Shown: in pieces, positions 1 through 9,342 of the stretch | Numbering within the stretch: the stretch's first letter is position 1 | Layout: each line of letters opens with the position of its first letter | Source of the DNA: Candidatus Micrarchaeia archaeon | GTDB taxonomy: Archaea > Micrarchaeota > Micrarchaeia > Micrarchaeales > CABMGC01 | DNA length: 52,383 bases | Assembly: GCA_049976305.1 (NCBI GenBank) | Contig: JBMFIM010000005.1 | Span: 1 to 52,383 of the forward strand | Direction of reading: 5' to 3' | Program-made: the position numbers and the translations under genes | Notes under the pieces: model-generated | The model's input: only the letters and a program-made list of their open reading frames with translations | What the model was told of the DNA's origin: nothing | The model's database searches: none

Positions 1-54
1 AGAGAAACTGAAATGTTTTACAATAGGGTTCTGAATTCTTATGATAGAAGCTGA
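1..54 (+). CDS. 3' end of a CDS truncated by the window start (RETEMFYNRVLNSYDRS*), possibly a GT4 glycosyltransferase C-terminus
   Basis: Frame 1 is open to TGA at 52-54. The E-T-E-x-F-Y-x-x-V helix resembles GT4 C-termini, which is a weak inference. Confidence 0.4.
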   Translation, partial: RETEMFYNRVLNSYDRS

Positions 55-58
55 AAAA

Positions 59-242
59 GGTGCGTACTGCCTTCTTCCTTTCATCATGCTCAATAGACTC
101 GAGCGTAAACTACAGGAAAATCACCCGCAAGTTTATGCTAACTCTTTTGGCATGCGCTCCCTTCCCACTCTATAAACGAGGCTCTTATGGCCCTGCTCGG
201 GCTAAGCCGTTGATGAAGGTGTATGCCACTACTCGCCGCACT
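59..242 (-). ncRNA. Candidate structured non-coding RNA of unknown family
   Basis: Nested long-range complementarity: 59-64/237-242, 78-86/211-219, 100-104/195-199 and a hairpin at about 105-136. On the minus strand there is a TTTTAAT box ~25 nt upstream and a TTTTT tract right after the closing stem. No credible ORF. Confidence 0.35.
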
Positions 243-300
243 TGGCTCATTTTTAAAAACCTTGCATTAAAATTTTATCTGCAAATTTTTGGGTGATGGC

Positions 301-576
301 TTGGGGGAGAGGGCATACAGTCTTTACGATGTAGAATCTTTCATAAGAGAGGCGGGTGCGGAAAAGGTTACAGAGGATGCAGTGCGGAATCTAGAAAAGG
401 AGCTTGAAAGGCTCACCGAGCTCGTTGCTAAGAAGGCCAAGACTTACGCAGCGCACGCAAAGAGAAGCAACATAAGGCGATCAGATGTTGTGCTTGCAAA
501 GCCTCCTCAGAGCAGCCCATACGCCTTCATAAGGAAGGCCAAAGCAACAAACAGCAGCTCGAAAAGCGTAAGGTAG
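301..576 (+). CDS. Archaeal histone-fold protein with a basic C-terminal extension
   Basis: Histone-fold motifs IREAGAEKVTEDA...AKKAKTYAAHAKRSNIRRSDV. GGTGA SD at 292-296 suggests a TTG start at 301. Confidence 0.85.
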   Translation: MGERAYSLYDVESFIREAGAEKVTEDAVRNLEKELERLTELVAKKAKTYAAHAKRSNIRRSDVVLAKPPQSSPYAFIRKAKATNSSSKSVR

Positions 577-1556
577 AGCGATACCTCCCTTTCCTTCATT
601 GGCTTTATGTTCATGAAGAGATGGGTAAGGCTGTAGATTTTCTTGCCGTATGGCGCTTTGAATGTTCCGTCTTTTTGCCTTATTCCCAGGTCGCTTACCT
701 TGAACTTTCTTCTTGCGTGCAGGAAGAACTCAACAATCCAAGGCATGAAAACGATAAGCCCAAACGCCTCAGCGTTGCCCAGCACTGCTATGCTCACTAA
801 GCCTGCGCCTAGCATGTAAGTGAAGCTGTCTCCTGGTATTACCTTTCCGAAGTTGAATGGAGTAAAAGCGAGCAGGGAAGCGAAAAGAACAGCAGAGAGC
901 AACGCGCCTATGTGGTTGCCATAAAATACGGAATAGACAAGAAAGCCAAAAACGGCTGCAAGCCCCATGCCAGTCTGCAGGCCGTCAAAGCCCCCTAGCA
1001 AATTGACTGCGTTTGAGGCAAAGATTATCGCCAAAGGAAGGATTAGGAAAGGATACCATAGCCCCAGGTTAACTGTGCCAAGGAAAGGTATCCTGACTAC
1101 GCTTACCCCTGCGTTTATGGCGACAAGAGGTATTGCGCCGATGACGGTAAGTGCAGGCTTCTGCCACTGCTTAAGACCTTGCTTATAAGACTTTATTCCA
1201 GTAGCGTTTACCATTTTGCGTTTTACGTTTATGTCATCAAGCAGGCCTACAAGAGAAATGAGAAGAAGGGAAAGGCTTACTGCAAACAAGCCTTTAAGTA
1301 TGCGCAAAACCACTATGTCCTGGGGAACGAGGAAGCTCATTCCGAAGGCGTATGTCAATATGCCAATTATGGTGCCGAACGTGGCGGCAAGCCCGCAACT
1401 GCTTGGAAGCAAGACCGGCTTGCCTTTGTTCCTGTCTTCTTCAACTATGCCGGCAGAGTAGAAATAGCCCATCAGAAATCTTGTAGCTATGTATGTGGTA
1501 ACAAACGAGACAATAGCGGGTACAAGAAGCGTTATGAAGGTGTGGTAATAGGCCAT
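507..1556 (-). CDS. UDP-GlcNAc:dolichol-phosphate GlcNAc-1-phosphate transferase (MraY/WecA/AglH family)
   Basis: Multiple TM helices; GLLDD, NAVNLLGGFDGL and PGDS motifs. Confidence 0.88.
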   Translation of the reverse strand: MAYYHTFITLLVPAIVSFVTTYIATRFLMGYFYSAGIVEEDRNKGKPVLLPSSCGLAATFGTIIGILTYAFGMSFLVPQDIVVLRILKGLFAVSLSLLLISLVGLLDDINVKRKMVNATGIKSYKQGLKQWQKPALTVIGAIPLVAINAGVSVVRIPFLGTVNLGLWYPFLILPLAIIFASNAVNLLGGFDGLQTGMGLAAVFGFLVYSVFYGNHIGALLSAVLFASLLAFTPFNFGKVIPGDSFTYMLGAGLVSIAVLGNAEAFGLIVFMPWIVEFFLHARRKFKVSDLGIRQKDGTFKAPYGKKIYSLTHLFMNIKPMKEREVSLYLTLFELLFVALAFLMKAYGLL

Positions 1557-1592
1557 GATTAAATTAGCACCTTCTTTTTTATTTATATTTCC

Positions 1593-3038
1593 TCACTGCC
1601 TGTAATGCCACTTGACCCCTTCCTTGGTGTCCTCTATCACTATGCCATACTTCTCCTCAATCTCCTTTCTTATAGCGTCTGCCTTTTCAAAGTTCTTTTC
1701 CTTTCTCGCAAGCTCCCTTTCCTGTATCAGCCTTGCAACCTCTTCAGGTAGCTCCTTTTCTTCGAGCGCCTTTTCAAAGTCTAGGCCAAGTATTTTGTCG
1801 AAGTCTAGCATTATCTCGATTGCCTTCTTTGCCTCTTCCTTAGTGACTTTTCCTTCGCTGAGCCTCTTGTTTTCATAGCCTATTAACGCATGCATGTTCC
1901 TTAGTGCGCTTGGCATGTTTAGGTCGTTGTTTAGCTCGTCGAAGAAGGCCTTGTGGAGCTTGTCAAGCTCATCGCTTGGCTCTTTTTCTAAGCCTCCATC
2001 TTTCTGCACAGCCTTCAGACTTCTGAGAAATGCATATATGCTGTTGAGCGTATTCTTTGCGTTGTCGAGTGCCTCGAAGGTAAAGTTCTGCTGGCTCCTA
2101 TAGTGGCTTGATAGAAGGAAATACCTAAGGGAAAGAGGAGGATAGCCTTTGTCAATAAGGTCCTGCAAAGTATAGATGTTGCCGAGAGATTTTGCCATCT
2201 TCATGTTGTTGACTGTAAGAAATGCAACATGGAACCAATAGTTTACGAACTTTTTGCCTGTTGCCGCCTCTGACTGGGCTATTTCGTTTGTGTGGTGGAT
2301 TGGTATGTGGTCTACGCCGCCGCAATGTATGTCAAAATGCTCTCCAAGATATTTCATGCTCATAGCGCTGCACTCTATGTGCCAGCCTGGAAATCCTCTT
2401 CCCCACTCAGAGTCCCAAACCATTTCTTTCTCTTCTTCCTTTGCGAACCTCCAAACTGCAAAGTCTGTTATGTTCCTTAAGCCGGCTGCCCTTTCAACCC
2501 TGGCTCCGGCCTTAAGGTACTTGTTTAGCTGTTCAAACGTCATGCCGGTAAGCTCGCCGTATTTTTTGAATTTTGAAGTGTCATAGTAGATTCCAGTTTC
2601 TACCTTGTAAAGGTAGCCCTTTTCATCAAGCCTCTTTATCAATGCCAGCATCTCATTGACGTGTTCTGTCGCCCTCGGCATAACGTCGGGCATTATGATG
2701 TTAAGCCTTTTGATGTCGTTTATGAAGGCCTGCTCGTAGAATCGTGCAACATCATATGCGCTTTTGTGCTCTTTTCTTGCTTCAAGCTTTATCTTGTCCT
2801 CGCCTATGCTTGAGTCTCCTACCAAATGGCCTACATCGGTTATGTTCATTACATGTTTTACCTTGTAGCCGTTGTAAATAAGGGTGCGCTTCAGCACATC
2901 TTCCTGTACATATGTCCTCATGTTGCCTATGTGTGCAAACCAATATACAGTAGGCCCGCAGGTATAGAGCCCTACTTCGCCCTTTTTTATGCTTCTAAAA
3001 ACTTGAATTTTCCTGCCCAGAGTATTGTAGAGCTTCAT
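1593..3038 (-). CDS. cysS: Cysteine--tRNA ligase
   Basis: CGPTVY, HIGN, GFPGWHIECSAM, HHTNE and KMAKS motifs. Confidence 0.97.
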   Translation of the reverse strand: MKLYNTLGRKIQVFRSIKKGEVGLYTCGPTVYWFAHIGNMRTYVQEDVLKRTLIYNGYKVKHVMNITDVGHLVGDSSIGEDKIKLEARKEHKSAYDVARFYEQAFINDIKRLNIIMPDVMPRATEHVNEMLALIKRLDEKGYLYKVETGIYYDTSKFKKYGELTGMTFEQLNKYLKAGARVERAAGLRNITDFAVWRFAKEEEKEMVWDSEWGRGFPGWHIECSAMSMKYLGEHFDIHCGGVDHIPIHHTNEIAQSEAATGKKFVNYWFHVAFLTVNNMKMAKSLGNIYTLQDLIDKGYPPLSLRYFLLSSHYRSQQNFTFEALDNAKNTLNSIYAFLRSLKAVQKDGGLEKEPSDELDKLHKAFFDELNNDLNMPSALRNMHALIGYENKRLSEGKVTKEEAKKAIEIMLDFDKILGLDFEKALEEKELPEEVARLIQERELARKEKNFEKADAIRKEIEEKYGIVIEDTKEGVKWHYRQ

Positions 3039-3169
3039 GTTCTTCAAAAGAGATGGCTTTTATAACTATAAAAACCTTGCTGAAGTCTATGCTGCTTTCT
3101 GTTGTTTTGGTTTGGGTTTGAGCATACAAATAAATAGTTTTCATGAGAATTAGAATCGGCGACCGGAAA

Positions 3170-3754
3170 ATGATAGAGCTTGTTTTCCAAGGCAGAGGAG
3201 GGCATGGTGCAGTAATGGCTGCAGAAGTGCTCGCAATTGCAGCCTACGATGCAGGCATGTACTCACAAGCTTTCCCGTTCTTCGGTGGAGAGCGTAGGGG
3301 CGCACCTGTAAGATCTTTTGTAAGAATAGACTCCTCGCCTATAGCGCTTCACAGTCAGATTTACAAGCCAGATATTCTTGTTGTGCTTGATTCCGAGCTA
3401 ATGCGCATTGCAAAGAACGAAGTACCCGCTAGCAACATAAAGCCAAATGGCCTTCTGCTTCTCAACGAGGATTCCAAAGAAGATGCTGAAAAAGACCTAG
3501 AAGGTTTGGGCATTAGCGGAATAAAGGTTGCTTTCGTTGATGCAACCAAGATTGCAACAGACCTTAACCTAGTTGTTGCCGGCTGGCCTGTGATAAATAC
3601 TGCTATGCTCGGTGCGCTCGTGAAGGCTTCTGCAATACTTCCGTTTGAGAAGCTTGTTGTTGCCATTAGGCAATACTGGCCTGGAGAGGTTGGAGAGAAA
3701 AATGTTGAAGCTGCAAAGAAAGGCTATGAGCTTGTTAGCTTTTTAGGCGATTAG
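3170..3754 (+). CDS. porG: Pyruvate/2-ketoisovalerate:ferredoxin oxidoreductase gamma subunit
   Basis: GRGGHG, FGGERRGAPV and NTAMLGA motifs. Confidence 0.92.
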   Translation: MIELVFQGRGGHGAVMAAEVLAIAAYDAGMYSQAFPFFGGERRGAPVRSFVRIDSSPIALHSQIYKPDILVVLDSELMRIAKNEVPASNIKPNGLLLLNEDSKEDAEKDLEGLGISGIKVAFVDATKIATDLNLVVAGWPVINTAMLGALVKASAILPFEKLVVAIRQYWPGEVGEKNVEAAKKGYELVSFLGD

Positions 3755-4063
3755 ATGGCTGATGCGAACGAGGAGGTTTATGTAATTCCCGAAATAGATA
3801 CCAAAGGCTTGGAAAAGGAATTTCCACTATCTAAGCCCGGCTTCGGCGCAGGCGGTAAGACAAACGAATGGCGGTTGCTCAGACCAGTGATAAACTATGA
3901 AAAGTGCATAAAGTGCCTTATCTGCTGGATAGATTGCCCAGAAGCTACGATAATAAGAAGCAAGGACAACAGCGTTGCTATAAACTATGACTACTGCAAA
4001 GGTTGTGGCGTCTGTGCAAATGAGTGCCCTACAAAGGCCATAGAGATGGTGAAGGAGGATTGA
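3755..4063 (+). CDS. porD: 2-oxoacid:ferredoxin oxidoreductase delta subunit (2x[4Fe-4S])
   Basis: WRxxRP, CIKCLICWIDCP and YDYCKGCGVCANECP motifs. Confidence 0.92.
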   Translation: MADANEEVYVIPEIDTKGLEKEFPLSKPGFGAGGKTNEWRLLRPVINYEKCIKCLICWIDCPEATIIRSKDNSVAINYDYCKGCGVCANECPTKAIEMVKED

Positions 4064-4064
4064 A

Positions 4065-5222
4065 ATGGCAGTAAGCGTGATGACTGGAAGCAGAAGTGTT
4101 GCAACCGCTGTGAAGCTAGCAAAGCCCGAAGTAATTGCTGCATATCCTGTCACCCCGCAGACAGAGATCGTCGAGGATATTGCTACTTTCATAAAAAACA
4201 AGGAGCTTAATGCCAAGTTCATAAAGGTCGATTCAGAGCACAGTGCGATGAGCGCTCTTATCGGCGCAAGCTCTGCTGGTGCAAGGACTTTTACAGCGAC
4301 CGCGAGCCAGGGGCTAATGTACATGGCAGAGGTGGTGCACTGGGCTGCTCATGCAAGATTGCCCATAGTGATGGCGGTAGCCACAAGGGCATTGGCTTCT
4401 CCATGGAGCATACTAAATGACCATACAGATTTCCTTGTCCAGCACAACAGCGGCTGGATACAGATAATGTGCGAAAACAACCAGGAAGCTCTCGACACTA
4501 CTTTGCAGGCTTTCAAAATAGCTGAAAAAAGAGAAGTGATGCTGCCAGTAATGGTAGGTTTAGACGGCTTCATACTCACGCATACAAGCATGCCTGTAGA
4601 TGTGCCTGATCCCGCTTCAGTTGACTCTTTCCTTGGCAGGCGAGTAGCTCCTTTCGCCCTTGACCCTGATAATCCGCTTACTTTCGGAAACGTGGTGGAT
4701 GACAAATATTTCATGGAGATGCGCTACAAGATGTTTGAGAGCATGCAGAATGCCAAGAAGGTCATAAAAGAAGTCGGAGAGGCTTATGCAAAGCTTACAG
4801 GTAGAGCCTATGGGCTTGTGGAATGCTATCAATGCGATGATGCTGAGCATGTAATAGTGACAATGGGCGCAGCAAGCGGAGACGCGAAGGTTGCTGCAAA
4901 CATGCTGAGAAAAGAGGGAATAAAGGCAGGGGTGCTAAGGCTTAGGGTGATAAGGCCTTTCCCTAAGGAGGACATTGTGGAAGCGTTGGCAAACAGAAGC
5001 ACTGTGTCGATTGTAGAGAGGGATTTGTCCGCAGGTATAGGGAACATATTGGCACACGAGATAAAGTCTGCGTTGTATGATGCTGGCGCAAAGGTCTTTG
5101 TCAAAAGCTTCATAGCAGGCCTTGGCGGAAGGGACATACTTCCAGAAGATTTTGCAAATGCAGTCAAGTCTGCAGCTTCTGGCAAGAAAGGAGACGAATG
5201 GATAAGGCTTAATCTTGGTTAG
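4065..5222 (+). CDS. porA: 2-oxoacid:ferredoxin oxidoreductase alpha subunit
   Basis: AYPVTPQT, SEHSA, TATASQG, NDH and GLGGRD motifs. Confidence 0.93.
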   Translation: MAVSVMTGSRSVATAVKLAKPEVIAAYPVTPQTEIVEDIATFIKNKELNAKFIKVDSEHSAMSALIGASSAGARTFTATASQGLMYMAEVVHWAAHARLPIVMAVATRALASPWSILNDHTDFLVQHNSGWIQIMCENNQEALDTTLQAFKIAEKREVMLPVMVGLDGFILTHTSMPVDVPDPASVDSFLGRRVAPFALDPDNPLTFGNVVDDKYFMEMRYKMFESMQNAKKVIKEVGEAYAKLTGRAYGLVECYQCDDAEHVIVTMGAASGDAKVAANMLRKEGIKAGVLRLRVIRPFPKEDIVEALANRSTVSIVERDLSAGIGNILAHEIKSALYDAGAKVFVKSFIAGLGGRDILPEDFANAVKSAASGKKGDEWIRLNLG

Positions 5223-5230
5223 GTGATAAC

Positions 5231-6109
5231 GTGCTGTTGAGAGATGTAAAGTTTGAGGAAAAATGGCTTCCGGGCAATGCTGCATGCCCAGGCTGTGGTC
5301 TTTCGCTAGGTCTTAGGCTTCTTACCAAAGCCATTGAAAAGCCGGTGGTAGTGATACCAGCAAGCTGTGCAAGCGTTGTTCAAGGTGCATGGCCAAAGAG
5401 CTCGGCTTCTTTTCCTCTTCTCAATATAGCAATGGCAGGCGCCGGCGCTGCAGCAAGCGGCATAGCCAACGCATATGAAATGCTTGGGAAGGAGGGCACG
5501 GTTGTTGCCTGGGCTGGGGACGGAGGCACAGCAGATATAGGCCTTCAAGCCTTGAGCGGTGCTGCTGAAAGAGGGGAGAACATAATATTTGTAATGTATG
5601 ACAATGAAGCATACATGAACACTGGCATACAGCGTTCTTCATCTACGCCGCATGGTGCATGGACTACAACTACGCCAGAAGGGAAAAAGGAATTCAAGAA
5701 GGACGTTGCAGCAATAATGCTCGTCCACAATCTTGAATATGTAGCAACTGCAAGTGTTTCATATCCTGTAGACTTCATAGAAAAGCTGAGGAAGGCAGAG
5801 GCTCACAAAGGAACAAAATTTATCCAGCTTTATTCCCCGTGCCCGCCCGGTTGGCGCATCGATGCAAGCAAAACAATAGAAGTTGGCAAGCTGGCAGTCG
5901 AGACTGGTGCTTGGATACTTTATGAGTATGAGAACAGCAAACTTACGATCTCTCCGATAAGTAGCAGGTTCAAGGAAAAGAAGGCAAGGAGGCCGCTAGC
6001 AGATTACCTTTCGTTGCAGGGCCGGTTTGCCGGCATAAGCCAGCAAGATATTGCTGAGCTAGAGGCAGAGATTGATAGGAAGTGGGAATTTTTGTCAAAG
6101 TTTGAGTGA
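5231..6109 (+). CDS. porB: 2-oxoacid:ferredoxin oxidoreductase beta subunit (TPP-binding)
   Basis: ACPGCG, GDGGTADIG, DNEAYMNTGIQRS and PCPPGW motifs. AGGTGA SD lies 4 nt before the GTG start. Confidence 0.93.
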   Translation: MLLRDVKFEEKWLPGNAACPGCGLSLGLRLLTKAIEKPVVVIPASCASVVQGAWPKSSASFPLLNIAMAGAGAAASGIANAYEMLGKEGTVVAWAGDGGTADIGLQALSGAAERGENIIFVMYDNEAYMNTGIQRSSSTPHGAWTTTTPEGKKEFKKDVAAIMLVHNLEYVATASVSYPVDFIEKLRKAEAHKGTKFIQLYSPCPPGWRIDASKTIEVGKLAVETGAWILYEYENSKLTISPISSRFKEKKARRPLADYLSLQGRFAGISQQDIAELEAEIDRKWEFLSKFE

Positions 6110-8578
6110 TTTCTCGAGCATTGATATGTTCGCTGATATCTTTTCCCTTGTTAGTGCTGTTTCTCTTTTTATGTCGTCCCTTATGTTTTCTTTTTTCGCA
6201 AAGAATGCGTCAAATCGCCTGAGCTCGCTGCGCTCTTTTATAACTCCGAGATTCGTAACAAACCTTCTTAGCATCATTGTGCCTTCTAAGTAGTTTTTCT
6301 TTAGCCTCTGCCAATTGTCAAAAGTCCATCTAACTAGGATTTTATGCGCATATGGATTTTGTGTGGCTCTGGATGGAAGTATGAATGCATCCTGCAGCCT
6401 TACTTTATCTGTTAAAGAGAGTGCTAGGGCTTTGTTTATCAGCTCTTCTTTTCTGAACATCGGGAGGGAAGCAAGTAGGCTTATCTTTTCGTCAGGCACT
6501 TGTTCGCGCTCGTAGGCATTGAGCAAAGATTCGAACTCTTTCGTCCCGCCATTCCATGCAGTCAATTCATATACTGCATCTCTTAAGTCAGGGTTTACTT
6601 GCCTGCCTTGCAACTTTGCCCTGAACTCCTTCCTTGCAAGCTCTTCTATCTTTTCGTCGCCAATCATTCCTTTGCTAATTATTGCAGCCAGCCTAATAGT
6701 TTTGTCTATCGGATTTTCTTTTTTCTTTGGCACAAGGCCAAGCCTGCTTATTATCAAGCCGGCATGCTTTTCAAGCACCTTTTCTACAGCCTTTGCCTTT
6801 TCCGTTTGATAGAACATCACATAAAGCCAGGTAAGGTGCGATAGCAAGCTTTCATTTGCAGGAAAGCCTATCTCAAGCAGTTGCTCAGCCTTTTCCAAGT
6901 AGTCATCAAGGCTTAGCATGCCTCCCCTGACCAAAGCAAACAAATCATTTTCTATGCCCCAATAGTCCATGTTGCTTAGCTTGTCTGATTTTGCTAGCCC
7001 GATAAGCTTTTCTAGCATGGGCTTGCTATAAGCTACTCTGTAAAGGCCTTTCTGGCCGTAGTTTAGCTTTATCCAATTTTCAAATTTTGGCAATTTTGCT
7101 GTTGCGCCTTTCATGAGGAACAAGCCGGCCCCAGATTCTGTGGCGTATCTAACTGGCACTGGCCAAGTGTCTGGCTTTAGCGAGGTTGTGAGGAATCTCT
7201 TCTGCTCTATCTTTCCATTTTCTTCTACAAGCATGGGATATCCGCTTTTCGAAAGCCAAGCTTGCATAAGTTTTTGTACAAACTTATTCTTTGACGCATT
7301 AGCTATTGCAGACCAAAGATCCTTGGCTTCTGCGTTTGAATATGCGTGCTTCTTTAAGTATTCAGCAATTCCCTTCCTGAACATCTCGGGGCCGACATAA
7401 TCTTCAAGCATGTTCAATACAGAGCCGCCCTTCTCGTAGCTTATTGCATCGAATATGCTGGAAATTTCTCCAGGGGTATTGACCTTTACGCTGATAGGAT
7501 GCGTGTTATTGTAAGCATCTTGTACCAAAGCAGTGTTGATGGTATCAAGTGCATATTGATCTTTCATAGACCATTCAGGAAATGTAGCGTCGACTGCTTT
7601 GTAGCTCATAAACGTTGCAAAGCTTTCATTTAGCCATAGGTCATTCCACCATTTCATGGTTACCAAGTCGCCAAACCACTGGTGTGCAAGCTCATGCGCT
7701 ATTGTTATTGCCACCTTTTGCTTAGTCTCTATAGGGGAGTTTTCTTCGCACAGAAAGTCTATTTCTCTGAAGGTTATTGCGCCCCAGTTTTCCATAGCCC
7801 CTGCAGCAAAGTCAGGTATTGCGAGAAGATCCAGCTTAGGCATGGGGTAGCGTATTCCAAAGTACTGCTCATAAAATGCGAGAAATTTCTTTGCATATTC
7901 AAGCCCTAGCTTAGCAAGATTCCTCTTTCCTTTCACTGTTATTGCTCTAATGGGTTTGCCGTTGTAACTGCTTTCTATAAATTCGAAGTCACCAATTCCT
8001 ATGTAGACTAGGTAAGTAGACATAGGTGGCGTCTTTTCAAACGTTACAATCTTCTTGCTGCCTTGCACGCTCTCGTTCAAGACCGGCATGTTCGATACGC
8101 AGCTTAAGTTCCTGTCGACAAGCAATGAAATGTCAAAGGCGGCTTTGAAGGCAGGCTCGTCAAAGCATGGAAACGCCCTTCGCGCATCTACAGATTCGAA
8201 CTGGGTAGTCAATATATACTGCCTTTTGTTGGCGTAGGTATATGAGCTTCTGTAGAGTCCGTTGAGAGTGTCGCCTATTCTCCCTTCAAAGTTTATCTTG
8301 AGCGTTGCATTGCCTAAAATTGACTTTTCGATTTCTATGCCTATTTGTTGCTTGCTGGCAAACTCATGCACCTTTCCTTCATACTCTTTCCCTCTCCACA
8401 CAACGCTTGCATTTTTTATCTTCAAGCCTACTGAATTCAAAACTATTTTGTTTGTCGCCTTTTTCACTTTTATTTCAATCTCTTCTTCGCCTTCAAAGAC
8501 AAACTGAGATAAATCTGGTTTTAGAAGAATTTTGTAATGGGAAGGAACTACGTTTTCTCCTAGCGTCTCGTGCTCCAT
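6095..8578 (-). CDS. M1 family aminopeptidase (tricorn-interacting factor F2/F3-like)
   Basis: GAMENWG, HELAHQW...E and YEKG motifs, plus an ERAP1-like C-terminal domain. Confidence 0.95.
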   Translation of the reverse strand: MEHETLGENVVPSHYKILLKPDLSQFVFEGEEEIEIKVKKATNKIVLNSVGLKIKNASVVWRGKEYEGKVHEFASKQQIGIEIEKSILGNATLKINFEGRIGDTLNGLYRSSYTYANKRQYILTTQFESVDARRAFPCFDEPAFKAAFDISLLVDRNLSCVSNMPVLNESVQGSKKIVTFEKTPPMSTYLVYIGIGDFEFIESSYNGKPIRAITVKGKRNLAKLGLEYAKKFLAFYEQYFGIRYPMPKLDLLAIPDFAAGAMENWGAITFREIDFLCEENSPIETKQKVAITIAHELAHQWFGDLVTMKWWNDLWLNESFATFMSYKAVDATFPEWSMKDQYALDTINTALVQDAYNNTHPISVKVNTPGEISSIFDAISYEKGGSVLNMLEDYVGPEMFRKGIAEYLKKHAYSNAEAKDLWSAIANASKNKFVQKLMQAWLSKSGYPMLVEENGKIEQKRFLTTSLKPDTWPVPVRYATESGAGLFLMKGATAKLPKFENWIKLNYGQKGLYRVAYSKPMLEKLIGLAKSDKLSNMDYWGIENDLFALVRGGMLSLDDYLEKAEQLLEIGFPANESLLSHLTWLYVMFYQTEKAKAVEKVLEKHAGLIISRLGLVPKKKENPIDKTIRLAAIISKGMIGDEKIEELARKEFRAKLQGRQVNPDLRDAVYELTAWNGGTKEFESLLNAYEREQVPDEKISLLASLPMFRKEELINKALALSLTDKVRLQDAFILPSRATQNPYAHKILVRWTFDNWQRLKKNYLEGTMMLRRFVTNLGVIKERSELRRFDAFFAKKENIRDDIKRETALTREKISANISMLEKSLKL

Positions 8579-8682
8579 AGTATCACAACTAATTTAACAC
8601 CATAGTATTAAAAATTCTCCCACAAATTTTATCCAATCGCAAGCTTTATTTATTATGTGAAAGAAAAAAATAATGTGGTTTC

Positions 8683-9342
8683 TTGTTTGGATTTGGCTCT
8701 CTATTTCATAAAGGAAGAAAGAGCAGATTCAACATTACAAGCATTAAGATAAACTATATGGGGGCTGTGCATGAAATTGCCGGATTTTCAACAAACGATA
8801 ACGAGTTTGAGGTAAGGATTCCCTTCAAGAATCGGATAGCAAGCGACTTGGGAGACGATGTGAAAAGGCCAGAATTGAAGATAGATGCGATATCTGTAGG
8901 AAGCCCATTCGAGCTTTTGAAGGCTCCAGACCTACCAATAGTTTTGCCTTATGGCAATTCCACAGAGATTGTTCTAAAGATAAGGGCGCCGGGAATGAGA
9001 TACACCGGTCCATTGTTCTTGAATATGCTTGTTAAATCATCAGATCTTGTCCATATAGGCATTAGCGTGATAAGAGTCTCAAAAGAGGGCAAAAGCAAGG
9101 AGATACCTGTGAGGAGAGACGTATATGTAGCGAAGTCCGACACTTTCAAGCAAGAAATTGACTTAAGCGATGTAGTTAATCCTGGAGAGACGGTAAACGC
9201 GATAAAGGCAAGCCCGCCATTTGAGATTTCCAGCACGCTTCCCTCGCTTCCGTTTTCCTTGAAAGAAGCACGTAAGGTAGAAGTGTACATAAAAGCTCCT
9301 AGCTATAACTACTCAGGCCCCATCGAGCTTTCAATCGCTTAG
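8683..9342 (+). CDS. Hypothetical protein with two repeated beta-sandwich-like units
   Basis: Internal repeat: SPFE..P.LP..L..I.AP..YTGPL versus PPFE..P.LP.L..IKAP..YSGPI. Confidence 0.6.
   Translation: MFGFGSLFHKGRKSRFNITSIKINYMGAVHEIAGFSTNDNEFEVRIPFKNRIASDLGDDVKRPELKIDAISVGSPFELLKAPDLPIVLPYGNSTEIVLKIRAPGMRYTGPLFLNMLVKSSDLVHIGISVIRVSKEGKSKEIPVRRDVYVAKSDTFKQEIDLSDVVNPGETVNAIKASPPFEISSTLPSLPFSLKEARKVEVYIKAPSYNYSGPIELSIA

Noticed and set aside
21..50. Resemblance of the window start (CAATAGGG..ATTCT.ATGATAGAA) to the ndk repeat at the window end
   Set aside because: Gapped, short and AT-rich, and it lies in an unrelated coding frame; insufficient to claim circularity or an att site.
59..242. 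Group II intron (GUGCG start) or SRP RNA (GGAAGGGAGC)
   Set aside because: No domain V. The SRP-like words lack the paired CAGG-stem-GNRA helix-8 context.
60..296. 78-aa ORF in the ORF track
   Set aside because: No SD or recognisable motif. The region is better explained by RNA-like self-complementarity and the histone promoter.
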